Assembly: GCA_016197285.1 (NCBI GenBank)
Contig: JACPWD010000019.1
Location: 37,992-101,991, forward strand
Origin: Deltaproteobacteria bacterium
Lineage (GTDB): Bacteria; Desulfobacterota; Binatia; Bin18
Direction: 5' to 3'
Length of the DNA: 64,000 nt
Shown: piece after piece, positions 39,963 to 49,673 of the stretch
Numbering within the stretch: the stretch's first letter is position 1
How the letters are laid out: every line of letters begins with the position of its first letter
Program-made: the position numbers and the translations under genes
The notes under the pieces: model-generated
What the model was told of the DNA's origin: nothing
What the model saw: only the letters and a program-made list of their open reading frames with translations
Database searches by the model: none

Positions 39963-41768
39963 TCAGGTGAGCCCGGAGCGACGTAACGCGGTGAGCACCC
40001 GTTCCAGCACGACCGGATCTTTATAGGGAAGGCGCTGTTGGAACATGTCCAGCGAAAAGGCTGGGCTGAGTCGCAACGAGGTTTGTCCTGCGAGCTGCGC
40101 TTCTTGGGTGGCCCCACGTTCGCCATGAATCACGGCTAAGAAGCCGTGGGCGGGGAAATAATTCGGGTTGCGGGTGAGCGCGCGTTTGAAAGTGGCGATC
40201 GCGTCTTCGTAGCGCTTGAGGAGGTAGTAGGCGTGTCCGAGATCCCAGAGATACCAGGTGGGATACAGGGGGTTGAGCCGCATGGCCTTTTCCACCAAGG
40301 GCGGAGTTTCTTCGGGCCTGCCGGAGAAATTGAGGGTATCGGCGAGCGCCGCGTAGGCGTCCGCGTGATTCGGATCGAGGGCGATGGCGTGCTCGACTTC
40401 GCCGATGGCTACGTCGTATTGTCGCTTCCACAGATGCACGACGCCGAGGAGTCGGTGTCCCTCGGGGAGCAACGGGTCAAGGGCGATGGCGCGCTGCGCT
40501 GCCGCCATCGCCAGGTCGAGTTCGCTCGTGTCATTACTCCATCCCATGCTCCACTGCTCGAAATGCCCCCAGCCTAGACAGGTATGGGCCATGGCGAAGT
40601 GCGGATCGAGTGCGAGCGCTTGGGCGAACAGCGCCATGGCTGCGAGGTTGGCCTCCCGCGTGGACCGCGCGTTGAGTTCGCGCCCGCGCAGGTACGTGTC
40701 GTAGGCGTCGAGGTTGGCGGTCAGTGGCGTGCCCAGCCGGTGTTGCTCGCCTTCCGTCAGTTTGACCTCCAGCGCGGCGACGATCCTCCGCGTCACTTCG
40801 TCTTGCAGGGTGAAAATATCTTCCAGGTTGCGGTCGTAGCGTTCCGCCCAGAGGTGATAGCCGGTCGTGGCGTCGATGAGCTGGGCGGTAATGCGCACGC
40901 GTTGCCCGGCTTTGCGGATGCTGCCTTCCAGGACATAGCGGACGCCGAGTTCTCGACTCACTTGTTCAGGTTTGACGATTTTGTCTTTGTACGCCAGGAC
41001 AGAGTGGCGAGCGATGACAAACAGTCCCGACAGCTTCGAGAGGTCGGTAATCAAATCCTCGGTGATGCCGTCGCTGAAATACTCTTGCTCGGGGTCGCTG
41101 CTCATGTTGAGGAACGGAAGGACGGCAATCGATGGTTGTTCGGGCAAGGAGAAACGTACCCCTGGGGACGAGACTGACGGCGATGCTGCGTTTGCGGCTG
41201 GAGCGTCGGACCTTTCGGCTGCGATGCGCACGCGATAGGCGCGCACCGGGCGGGCGATGTTTTTGACTGGCTGTTCGCCCAGGTACTCGTAAGCGAAAGC
41301 TAATTTCGTTTCCACCTGATCGTACACCGTGCCCGAGAGACAAATCCCCCCGGCCTCGGCCAACCCTTCCAATCGTGCCGCGATATTCACGCCGTCGCCA
41401 TAGATCCGTTCCCCTTCCACAATTACGTCGCCCAGATTGATGCCGATACGGAATTCCATGCGGCGCGCTTGCGGAAGCTCCGTGTTGCGGGTTTTTAGGG
41501 ATTGTTGGACCTCGACCGCGCAGGTGAGCGCGTCGATGACGCTGGCGAACTCGGCCAGCAGGTTATCGCCGGGAGAGTCGACGACCCGTCCGCGATGGGC
41601 GTGGACCAGGTCGCTCAGCAGCGTGCGATACTCGGTCAACATTCGCACGGTGGCGACTTCATCTACGCCCATGAGCCGACTGTAGCCGGCGACATCGGCG
41701 CTGAGGATGGCGGCCAAGCGACGCTCGACGGGAGGCATGGGGAGAGAAGGATGTTCCGTGCTGCTCAT
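39963..41768 (-). CDS. Class III nucleotidyl cyclase with TolB-like and TPR domains
   Basis: SADVAGYSRLM, GDNLLAEF, RIGINLGDV, YGDGVNIAARLE, SIAVLPF, TPR repeats. Confidence 0.93.
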   Translation of the reverse strand: MSSTEHPSLPMPPVERRLAAILSADVAGYSRLMGVDEVATVRMLTEYRTLLSDLVHAHRGRVVDSPGDNLLAEFASVIDALTCAVEVQQSLKTRNTELPQARRMEFRIGINLGDVIVEGERIYGDGVNIAARLEGLAEAGGICLSGTVYDQVETKLAFAYEYLGEQPVKNIARPVRAYRVRIAAERSDAPAANAASPSVSSPGVRFSLPEQPSIAVLPFLNMSSDPEQEYFSDGITEDLITDLSKLSGLFVIARHSVLAYKDKIVKPEQVSRELGVRYVLEGSIRKAGQRVRITAQLIDATTGYHLWAERYDRNLEDIFTLQDEVTRRIVAALEVKLTEGEQHRLGTPLTANLDAYDTYLRGRELNARSTREANLAAMALFAQALALDPHFAMAHTCLGWGHFEQWSMGWSNDTSELDLAMAAAQRAIALDPLLPEGHRLLGVVHLWKRQYDVAIGEVEHAIALDPNHADAYAALADTLNFSGRPEETPPLVEKAMRLNPLYPTWYLWDLGHAYYLLKRYEDAIATFKRALTRNPNYFPAHGFLAVIHGERGATQEAQLAGQTSLRLSPAFSLDMFQQRLPYKDPVVLERVLTALRRSGLT

Positions 41769-41891
41769 TGTCTGTCATTATTCGGTGGACGGCAGGTGCC
41801 TGTCAATTGGACTGCACACGATACGGGGAGCCCTACCCTTAGGCGGGACGCTTCTGCTAGATACGAAGCACTGAGGAAAAAGGGGGAGATT

Positions 41892-44645
41892 ATGGAGCGC
41901 ATTTATCGTGTCATTCTTCACCGTCCGAAGCTGATACTGTTTTTTCTTGCGCTGGTGACGGTATTTTTCGCTTACCATGCACGTTTCATTCGTATCGACA
42001 GCTCGATCGAGAGCTTGCTGCCGCAGGACGATCCGGAGAAACAATACTACAACGATGTGCGCCGACTCTTCGGCAGCGAAGATGTCGCGGTCGTCGGCCT
42101 TATTACCGACAACATCTACACTCCCCAGACGCTTCAGAAGATCAAGCGCCTCACCGAGGAATTCAAAAAGATCCCCGAGGTCAAGAGCGTTTTCAGCTTG
42201 AGCAACGCGCCCGACATCGTTGCGAAGATCCTCGGCGAACCGCAAGATTTACTGATTCCCGAACTGCCCACGACCATGGAAGCCGCCGCGCCGCTGAAAG
42301 ACCGGGTGGCGGCCCAACCGATCTATCTCAAGAACCTAGCCTCGGCCGATGGCCGCGCCGCCGCCATCAATATCGTCTTCCTCGAAAGCATCACCGATAA
42401 CGAGTTCGTCCGCCGTGGCGTCGATGAAAAAATTCAAGCCGTCATCGACGCCGAGAACGGCGGGCCGGAACAGCTCTATTACACCGGTCTGCCCCATTTC
42501 AAAGCCGCGTCGGCCAAGGCCATGGCCGAGGATCTCAGTCGGTTGTTACCGTTGGCGCTCCTCTTGATCGTGATTGTCCTGGCGCTGTGTGTCCGTTCCG
42601 TGCGTGGGGTCGTGCTGCCAGTCCTCGCCGTGTTGATCAGCTTGATCTGGACGCTGGGCATTATGGTCCTGTGCGGGAGTCGCTTGAGCCTCGGCACCCT
42701 GGCTTTGCCTCCTCTGATCCTCGTGCTGGGCATCGCCTACTCGCTGCATGTGATCACCGAGTATTTCGAGCTGGCGCGGCCCGGGCGCACGGTGAAAGAG
42801 GTGCTGATAGAGACCGGACGAAGTATTAATGCTCCGGTGTTCATGGCGGCGGTGACCACGGTCTTGGGCTTTCTTTCGCTCTTCACGAACAACATCGTCA
42901 GCATCCGCGACATGGGGATCTACTCCGCCATCGGCATCACCATCGCTTTCGTGCTGGCCGTGGTCTTCGTTCCTGCCGCGCTCGCGCTGCTCGAGCTTCC
43001 GTCCCGTCGGAGCGAGACCGACTCGCCGGCGTTGACGGCAGCGCTCCGGACGTTGACGGCTCATGTCATTCGTCATCGCTACGCGATCATCGGTGTCAGC
43101 GTGGTGATTGGGCTCTTGTCGTTGTGGCCGATTCCTTCGATCCAAGTAGGCTCGAATTTTCTCTCGATTTTCCGCGAAAACCATCCCGTCCGTCAGGCGA
43201 GCGAGATGATCAACCGCAATCTGGTTGGCAGCATGGCGTTTTACGTCGTGATCGACGGGAAAGAAAACGACATCATGCGGCAGTGGGATACGCTGAAACG
43301 CCTCAAAGAGCTGCAGGAGTACATCAACTCTCTACCGGGTGTGGACAAGACGGTGTCCCTGGTCGATTACTGCGATCTCTTCGATCAAGGTATGCGTTCG
43401 CTCCCACCCGAGGAAGGGACGGAGGCCGTGCCTCCAGAGCAACTCAAAAGCTTTTGGGAAGACCCGACCCGGCTGACCGATGTCATGCAGATGATCTTTC
43501 TCAATCCGAGCTATGTGGGCGCCGTGGTCAATCATCCCAACTACTCGCGCTCCAATATCCTCGTGCGCACCTCGCTGACGCGCCCGAGCGAGGTGGCCGC
43601 AGTCGTCGAAAAAATTCACGCGTTCGCCAAGGAGCATTTCCCGCCGGCCGATTTGGTCGTGCATCCGACCGGCTCCCTGATTTTGAGTTCGCGGACGGCG
43701 AGCAATTTGATCTCCGGCCAAGTGCAAAGCCTGGCGCTCACGGCGGCCGTGATCTTCGTCGTCATGACGCTGATGTTTCTTTCCGTCCGGGTCGGGGTGA
43801 TCGCCATGATCCCCAACATCTTTCCGATCCTCATGTTCTTTGCTTTGATGGGGGTCAGCGGCGCCGTGCTCAGCCTGAGCACGAACACCATCGCCTCGAT
43901 CGTGCTGGGGTTGGCGGTGGACGACACCATTCACATCATGTCGCGCCTGAGCGCCGAAGTGCGTACGACCGCAGACCAAAAAGAAGCCTTGCTGCGCGCA
44001 CTGAGCACGGTGGGCAAGCCGACGCTGTACTACTCGCTCCTAGTCTTTCTCGGCTTTTTGACCTTCGGCTTATCCTCGTTCGTACCAGTCCAAGAATTCG
44101 GCTTACTGTCGGCTGTCACCATCCTGTTTGGCGTGGTTGCCGAGCTAGCGCTCCTTCCTGCGCTGTTAGCGACCACGCCGGTGATCACCTTGTGGAACGT
44201 GCTCTATCTGAAGCTCGGGCGCGACCCACACAAGACGATTCCTTTGTTTGCCGGGCTGCGTCCGTTCCAGGCTAAGATCGTCACCCTGATGGGCGAATTG
44301 CGATCTTTTCCCAAAGACGAGGCGATCATTCGCCGTGGCGAGCAGGGCAACGAAATGTACGTGCTCATCAGCGGTACGGCGGATGTGTTCATTCCCGCGC
44401 CGAACGGCAATCGCAGGGTCAATACCTTAGAACGTGGCGACGTCTTCGGAGAAATGGGCTTGCTCCGCCATCACGAGCGCACGGCTGACGTGATGGCGAC
44501 GGAAGAGGTGGAAGTGCTGGCGGTGAACGAACGGTTCCTCGACCGCATCAAGCGACGCTACCCGCGCATCGCTACGGAGATTTTCTTCAACTTGTCGAAG
44601 ATTCTGAGCGACCGCTTGGAACAGTCGCAGCGGGGTGGAAAATAG
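41892..44645 (+). CDS. MMPL/RND transporter fused to a C-terminal cNMP-binding domain
   Basis: Two TM sets (TTVLGFLSL; GLAVDDTIH); C-terminal MYVLISG...GDVFGEMGLL...RTADV. Confidence 0.9.
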   Translation: MERIYRVILHRPKLILFFLALVTVFFAYHARFIRIDSSIESLLPQDDPEKQYYNDVRRLFGSEDVAVVGLITDNIYTPQTLQKIKRLTEEFKKIPEVKSVFSLSNAPDIVAKILGEPQDLLIPELPTTMEAAAPLKDRVAAQPIYLKNLASADGRAAAINIVFLESITDNEFVRRGVDEKIQAVIDAENGGPEQLYYTGLPHFKAASAKAMAEDLSRLLPLALLLIVIVLALCVRSVRGVVLPVLAVLISLIWTLGIMVLCGSRLSLGTLALPPLILVLGIAYSLHVITEYFELARPGRTVKEVLIETGRSINAPVFMAAVTTVLGFLSLFTNNIVSIRDMGIYSAIGITIAFVLAVVFVPAALALLELPSRRSETDSPALTAALRTLTAHVIRHRYAIIGVSVVIGLLSLWPIPSIQVGSNFLSIFRENHPVRQASEMINRNLVGSMAFYVVIDGKENDIMRQWDTLKRLKELQEYINSLPGVDKTVSLVDYCDLFDQGMRSLPPEEGTEAVPPEQLKSFWEDPTRLTDVMQMIFLNPSYVGAVVNHPNYSRSNILVRTSLTRPSEVAAVVEKIHAFAKEHFPPADLVVHPTGSLILSSRTASNLISGQVQSLALTAAVIFVVMTLMFLSVRVGVIAMIPNIFPILMFFALMGVSGAVLSLSTNTIASIVLGLAVDDTIHIMSRLSAEVRTTADQKEALLRALSTVGKPTLYYSLLVFLGFLTFGLSSFVPVQEFGLLSAVTILFGVVAELALLPALLATTPVITLWNVLYLKLGRDPHKTIPLFAGLRPFQAKIVTLMGELRSFPKDEAIIRRGEQGNEMYVLISGTADVFIPAPNGNRRVNTLERGDVFGEMGLLRHHERTADVMATEEVEVLAVNERFLDRIKRRYPRIATEIFFNLSKILSDRLEQSQRGGK

Positions 44646-44730
44646 TTGTCAGCAAGGAGCCGACTGCAGGCCATTACTTGGGCCGGGCGTAGCGGGCTGC
44701 GCCCGGGGCTGGTAGTTCGTCCGAAGTAAT

Positions 44731-44823
44731 TGTCATTCCGAGAAGCGGAGCGACGAGGAATCTCAAGAAGGCAGGGACAATACGAGATTCCTCGCCTTCT
44801 CTTTGTTCCGGCTCGGAATGACA
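44731..44823. repeat. REP/REPIN-like palindromic element
   Basis: TGTCATTCCGAG...GAGGAATCTC...GAGATTCCTC...CTCGGAATGACA. Confidence 0.8.
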
Positions 44824-44856
44824 CTCTCTCATCGTTCTGTGGACGAACTCCTACGC

Positions 44857-45093
44857 TCATTCCTCTTCATCTTCTAACTCATTTTCCAGGGCTTCCTCTT
44901 GCTCTTCGAGGCGCATGATAATGGTGCTTAACGCAGTCTGCACCGAGTCCATCGCCTCGCGGAAATCCTCCTCGGTGGTCACCGCACCAGCGGCGACACG
45001 TTCTTCGCAATCGCGGATGACTTCGCTGACGGCGAATTTTGCTGACTTAATGAGGCCGATCCACTGACCGACAATCGCTAGGGCGTCTTCCAT
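44857..45093 (-). CDS. Small acidic helical hypothetical protein
   Basis: AAGGAG RBS, 78 aa, host-like codon usage. Confidence 0.7.
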   Translation of the reverse strand: MEDALAIVGQWIGLIKSAKFAVSEVIRDCEERVAAGAVTTEEDFREAMDSVQTALSTIIMRLEEQEEALENELEDEEE

Positions 45094-45219
45094 GTTGTCT
45101 CCTTCCCGTTCCTGGTCGTAGCTGCTAGACTCAGGCGGTCAAACGTCCATAAAGAACTGGGAAACCTTACCCTCTCTCGGCGACGTTTTCACTACCCTGA
45201 CGGAGACAAGGAGGCTGGT

Positions 45220-46422
45220 ATGCGACAAGTGGCAGTGATTGGTGCGGGCATGACCCGCTTTGGCAAGCACATTGATCGCAGCATGAAAGATCTGGCTCGG
45301 GAAGCCATCGAAGGCGCGCTGCGTTCTGCCGGCGTGGACAAGGAGGCCGTGGAAGCCGCGGCTGTCGGCAATGCCGTGGCCGGACTCATCACCGGCCAGG
45401 AATGCATTCGTGGGCAGGTCGTGCTGCGTGACATGGGCATTGGCGGCATTCCGGTGATTAACACGGAAAATGCCTGCGCCAGTGCTTCGACGGCGTTTCA
45501 TTTGGCGTGGCTCTACGTGGCCTCGGGTATGTACGATGTCGTCTTGGCCGTCGGCATGGAGAAGCTTTTCCATCCCGATAAGAAGCGCACGTTTCAAGCG
45601 ATCGGCAGCGGCATCGATGTGGAAACCGCAGAAGAATTTGCCCGCCAGATGAGCGGCGAACAGAGCGCCGGGGCGGGCGAGTCGCGCAGTGTGTTTATGG
45701 ATTATTACGCGAACTTGGCGCGTCAACACATGGCGCGCTACGGCACGACCCGCGAGCAGTTTGCCCGCATCGCAGCTAAGAATCACACCAATGGCAGCCT
45801 CAATCCGCACGCGCAGTTTCAGACTCCGCGTACGATGGCAGAAGTGCTAGCGACGCCGATGATTGCCGATCCGCTGACCCGCATGATGTGTTCGCCCATC
45901 GGCGATGGAGCGGCAGCGGTGTTGGTGACCTCGGCGGAGAAAGCCCGCCAGTTGACGGCTAAGCCGGTGGTGGTCCGTGCCTCTGCGCTGGGATCGAGCC
46001 AGCAACACAAGGAAGGGGAGCCTGGCATCGTCACCAAAGTGGCGCGCAAGGCGTACGATATGGCGGGCATCGGGCCGCAAGAAGTGCAGGTGATCGAAGT
46101 CCACGATGCCACGGCGCCTGCCGAACTATTGGTCTACGAAGAATTGGGCCTCTGCAATGTGGGCGAAGGAGGCAAGTTGATTGACGATGGCGTGACGGCT
46201 TTAGGTGGGCGACTCCCGGTCAATCCCAGCGGTGGGCTCTTGGCGAAGGGGCATCCGGTCGGCGCAACTGGGGTGGCGCAAATTGCCGAGATTTTCTGGC
46301 AACTGCGCGGCGAAGCCGGCAAACGTCAGGTACCGGGCGCGCGGGTGGGCTTGACCGAAAACGGTGGCGGTGTGATCGACGGTGAGAATGCTGCCGCCGC
46401 CATCCATATTTTCACGGTGTAA
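45220..46422 (+). CDS. Thiolase family protein (SCP2/nsLTP type)
   Basis: ENACASASTA, CSPIGDGAAA, EVHDA, NPSGGLLAKGHPVGATG. Confidence 0.93.
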   Translation: MRQVAVIGAGMTRFGKHIDRSMKDLAREAIEGALRSAGVDKEAVEAAAVGNAVAGLITGQECIRGQVVLRDMGIGGIPVINTENACASASTAFHLAWLYVASGMYDVVLAVGMEKLFHPDKKRTFQAIGSGIDVETAEEFARQMSGEQSAGAGESRSVFMDYYANLARQHMARYGTTREQFARIAAKNHTNGSLNPHAQFQTPRTMAEVLATPMIADPLTRMMCSPIGDGAAAVLVTSAEKARQLTAKPVVVRASALGSSQQHKEGEPGIVTKVARKAYDMAGIGPQEVQVIEVHDATAPAELLVYEELGLCNVGEGGKLIDDGVTALGGRLPVNPSGGLLAKGHPVGATGVAQIAEIFWQLRGEAGKRQVPGARVGLTENGGGVIDGENAAAAIHIFTV

Positions 46423-46511
46423 GACAGTTAGGGACGGTTCACCGTCCCGACAACTTCTCCCCTCGGTGGCATGGGCCGAAGGTCGCTTGTGGACGTTGTG
46501 TTGGAGGTGTG

Positions 46512-47318
46512 ATGTCGCCGCTTGTCTCGGCCCTACTCTTGGGACTGCTCCAGGGATTCACCGAATTTCTTCCTATTAGCAGCTCCGGCCATCTCGTGTT
46601 GGTGCAGAGTCTCTTGCCGGGATTTTCCCAGCCGGGCGTATTATTCGATGTGACCTTGCATCTCGGTACTTTGGTGGCCGTCTGCATCTATTTTTGGAGC
46701 GACTTGTGGTCGCTGTTCCTGTCTTTGTTCGCTCGCAAAAGCGCGGTCACGAGGGAGGACCGCCGCTTGTTGTGGCTGCTGATCGTCGGCTCGGTGCCGA
46801 CTGCGGTTATCGGTCTGCTTTTCCGTAAGCAGTTCGAGGCTATGTTCGATGACCTGCAGGGAGCAGGCATCTGGTTTGTGATCACTGGGATTCTATTGTT
46901 CGTGACGGATCGTGTGTCCACGCGTGGACGTGATTTACGAGAGATGACACTATTCGATGCGCTTGTCATTGGGACGGCGCAAGGGATTTCCATCATTCCG
47001 GCTTTGTCACGGTCCGGCTCGACCATCGCTGCCGGCATCTTCCTCGGTTTGGAGCGGCAGATGTTAGTCCGGTACTCTTTTCTGCTGTCGATTCCTGCCG
47101 TAGCCGGGGCATTTCTTTTGGAGTTGGTTGCGCATCGACAGGAAGCGCTGGCGGGGTTCGATCCCCTCGTCTACGGCGTCGGTACGCTTGCTGCCGGCAT
47201 CCTCGGCTACTGGAGCATTGCGGTGTTGCTGCGCATGACCCAGTCGCGTCGCTTATCCGTGTTCGGTTATTATTGCGTCGTGCTGGGAGTGCTGACGCTT
47301 GTCCTTGCAGCTCGGTGA
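46512..47318 (+). CDS. uppP: Undecaprenyl-diphosphate phosphatase
   Basis: QGFTEFLPISSSGHL, HLGT, SRSGSTI, YSFLLSIP. Confidence 0.95.
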   Translation: MSPLVSALLLGLLQGFTEFLPISSSGHLVLVQSLLPGFSQPGVLFDVTLHLGTLVAVCIYFWSDLWSLFLSLFARKSAVTREDRRLLWLLIVGSVPTAVIGLLFRKQFEAMFDDLQGAGIWFVITGILLFVTDRVSTRGRDLREMTLFDALVIGTAQGISIIPALSRSGSTIAAGIFLGLERQMLVRYSFLLSIPAVAGAFLLELVAHRQEALAGFDPLVYGVGTLAAGILGYWSIAVLLRMTQSRRLSVFGYYCVVLGVLTLVLAAR

Positions 47319-47330
47319 CGACCGCAAGCC

Positions 47331-47474
47331 AGAAAAAGAAAGGGCCTGTAGGGTAAAGGAGGGGAAACCTACAGGCCCTGGAGCACCGCCTCGTTGGGGA
47401 GGACTCGGCGGTGAACTGAGGAAACCGTTCGAGCCGGAATAGTTGCGCTTTCGCGCTTGGTCCGTCTCTTGTTG
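47331..47474 (-). ncRNA. Candidate small RNA with anti-Shine-Dalgarno loops
   Basis: TTGCTT-N17-(TGc)TATTGT promoter-like element, two hairpins with CU-rich loops, terminal U-tract, no ORF. Confidence 0.55.
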
Positions 47475-47574
47475 GGTCACACAATAGCAATGGAAGCCGT
47501 GTCAAGCAATATAACTTGAATTAAAATTCATTATTTTTCTGAATTAGCTGTGGTAATGTCAAAAGGAGGCGCTT

Positions 47575-49302
47575 ATGGGAGAATCGGTCAAAATAGACTG
47601 CAACGTGGAAATTTCCATGCGCGACGGCGTAACGCTGCGCGCTGACGTGTATCGACCGGATGACGCGAAGCCGCATCCGGTCCTCTTGGCTCGTTTGCCT
47701 TACAATAAAGACCTCTCTCCGATTTCGCTGTCGCTGCTGAGTCCGATTCGTGCGGCACGGCGCGGCTATGTGGTTGTCGTGCAAGATACCCGGGGACGGT
47801 TCAAGTCCGACGGGCAATTTTCGCTGTTTGTCGGCGAGGCCGAAGATGGCTTCGACACGGTGGCGTGGTGTGCCGCTCAGGCGTGGTCCGATGGCAAGGT
47901 TGGCATGTATGGCGCCTCGTACTTCGGTGCTACCCAGTGGCTGACGGCAATGGCCGCGCCGCCGGCGCTGCAGGCCATTGTCCCCACGATCACCGCTTCT
48001 GACTACTATGAAGGCTGGACGTATCAAGGCGGGGCGTTCCAACAGGGATTCATCCAGTTCTGGACGGCGGGCATGGCGGCGGAAACCCTCACCCGTCTCG
48101 ACGATGCACCGACCGACGCGCGACGCAAACTCTACGGCGCTATTTTCGACATGACCAAAACTGCGAAGCTTCCCCTGGTGGATTTCCCGCCGGCAACCGT
48201 GCCAGGGCTCATGGACCATTACCGCACTTGGTTGCAACATCCGTCGCACGATGCGTTTTGGGAAAACGTCCGCATCGAGTCGAAGTACGAGCAGATGGAG
48301 GTCGCGGCGCTCCATATCGGCGGCTGGTACGACATCTTTCTCGAAGGCACCCTGCGGAATTTTGCGGGCATGCGTGCGAGAGGCAAAAGTGCCCACGCGC
48401 GTGAGCGACAGCGTTTGGTCGTCGGGCCGTGGTTACACGGGTTATTCAATCGGATCGTCGGTGCCGTGGATTTCGGTCCCGGGGCTCTGCCCGATGCCGT
48501 TGACCTGGGCGGATTACATCTCCAATGGTTCGACTCCTGCCTCTGCGACGCGGCAGATACCGGCGTGCCTGTCCGTTTGTTCGTGATGGGAGCCAATATC
48601 TGGCGTGACGAAAACGAATGGCCGTTGGCGCGTGCCGTGGCGACGCGACTGTATCTGACCAGCGAGGGAAGGGCGAATAGCCGCCGCGGCAATGGCCACC
48701 TCGTTGCGCAACCTGTCTCTAAAGAATCGAGCGACGTTGTTCTGTACGATCCAGAACAACCCGTGCCGACGTGTGGCGGGTGCACGTTGATGCCGGGCGC
48801 ACAGAGCGCTGGGCCGCAAGATCAACGTGAGGTCGAGGAGCGCGAAGACGTGCTGGTCTATACCTCCGAACCGTTATCCGAGCCTTTAGAAGTCACTGGC
48901 CCGGTGGAAGCCCTCGTGTATGCGGCGACCGATGGATGCGACACCGATTTCACCGCGAAACTGGTGGCCGTGGCACCGGATGGTCGGGCGTTGAATCTGT
49001 GCGACGGCATCGTGCGCGCGCGTTATCGCCATTCCCTGTCACAAGCTGAACTGCTCGAACCCGGGCGGGTGTATGAGTATCGCATCTTTTTAGGCTCGAC
49101 GAGTTATGTTTTTGCGCCGGGGTTCCGCCTCCGTCTCCAGGTCTCCAGTAGCAACTTTCCCCGCTTCGATCGCAATCTGAATACCGGAGGGGAGTTGGGA
49201 ACCGAGAGCGCTGGCCGCGTGGCCGTGCAACGGGTGCTGCACGGCGGTGCGCATCTGTCCTGTGTAATTCTGCCAGTTATTCCCCAGAACAACGCGAACT
49301 AG
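47575..49302 (+). CDS. CocE/NonD family serine hydrolase
   Basis: MRDGVTLRADVYRP, QDTRGRFKSDG, GASYFG, GGWYD, GPWLH, SSNFPRFDRN. Confidence 0.94.
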   Translation: MGESVKIDCNVEISMRDGVTLRADVYRPDDAKPHPVLLARLPYNKDLSPISLSLLSPIRAARRGYVVVVQDTRGRFKSDGQFSLFVGEAEDGFDTVAWCAAQAWSDGKVGMYGASYFGATQWLTAMAAPPALQAIVPTITASDYYEGWTYQGGAFQQGFIQFWTAGMAAETLTRLDDAPTDARRKLYGAIFDMTKTAKLPLVDFPPATVPGLMDHYRTWLQHPSHDAFWENVRIESKYEQMEVAALHIGGWYDIFLEGTLRNFAGMRARGKSAHARERQRLVVGPWLHGLFNRIVGAVDFGPGALPDAVDLGGLHLQWFDSCLCDAADTGVPVRLFVMGANIWRDENEWPLARAVATRLYLTSEGRANSRRGNGHLVAQPVSKESSDVVLYDPEQPVPTCGGCTLMPGAQSAGPQDQREVEEREDVLVYTSEPLSEPLEVTGPVEALVYAATDGCDTDFTAKLVAVAPDGRALNLCDGIVRARYRHSLSQAELLEPGRVYEYRIFLGSTSYVFAPGFRLRLQVSSSNFPRFDRNLNTGGELGTESAGRVAVQRVLHGGAHLSCVILPVIPQNNAN

Positions 49303-49502
49303 AACAAGACGAAACCATCCAGCGCGGAACGCAAAGCTGCCGGGTCGTGCTCCGCGCGTAGGTGTATGTGGAGCTGCTCCCAACAGTCTGGAGCCGTGAA
49401 CGAGCGGACGCCCGACTCTCGATACATCTGCAGCGCGCTGGCGTCGTCTTCAAAGGCATAGGCCGCGCGGTTTTGTGCCAGCGGGAGAATCGTTTGTGTC
49501 AG
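49299..49502 (-). pseudogene. Start-less 3' gene fragment abutting the CRISPR repeat
   Basis: 67 open codons LTQTIL...YAFEDDASALQMYRESG...FVLF*; HAD motif IV-like. Confidence 0.4.
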
Positions 49503-49611
49503 GTTTCAATCTCCTACGGAGTGTGCGGTCGATTTCGACTCATGCACGGGGTATTCGACCGTGCTCAAGTGCTCGTTTCAATCTCCTACGGAGTGTGTAG
49601 TCGATTTCGAT
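49503..49611 (-). CRISPR. Orphan CRISPR mini-array: 2 x 37-bp repeats, one 35-bp spacer
   Basis: Repeats at 49503-49539 and 49575-49611 (3 mismatches); minus strand GTCGAAATCGACCGCACACTCCGTAGGAGATTGAAAC ends in ATTGAAAC. Confidence 0.8.
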
Positions 49612-49673
49612 TGGCCATGCAGTGTAGCACACGAGAAAAGAGGCACGGCGTTCGTGTCGCGAAAACACAAGGC

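Noticed and set aside
41502..41891. Extended starts of MMPL (also glnE 3549, regulator 28225, ArcE-like 33505, VWA 20781)
   Set aside because: They overlap other genes, repeats, promoters or attC; downstream ATGs fit better
43124..44275. 383-aa alternate-frame ORF inside the MMPL gene
   Set aside because: Arg/Pro-rich frame artefact with no domain signal
47481..47505. Perfect TTGACA as the -35 of the sRNA promoter
   Set aside because: Only 13 nt from TATTGT; TTGCTT at 17 nt or the extended -10 is more plausible
49540..49574. Self-targeting of the CRISPR spacer within the window
   Set aside because: No convincing match found by eye; needs BLASTN
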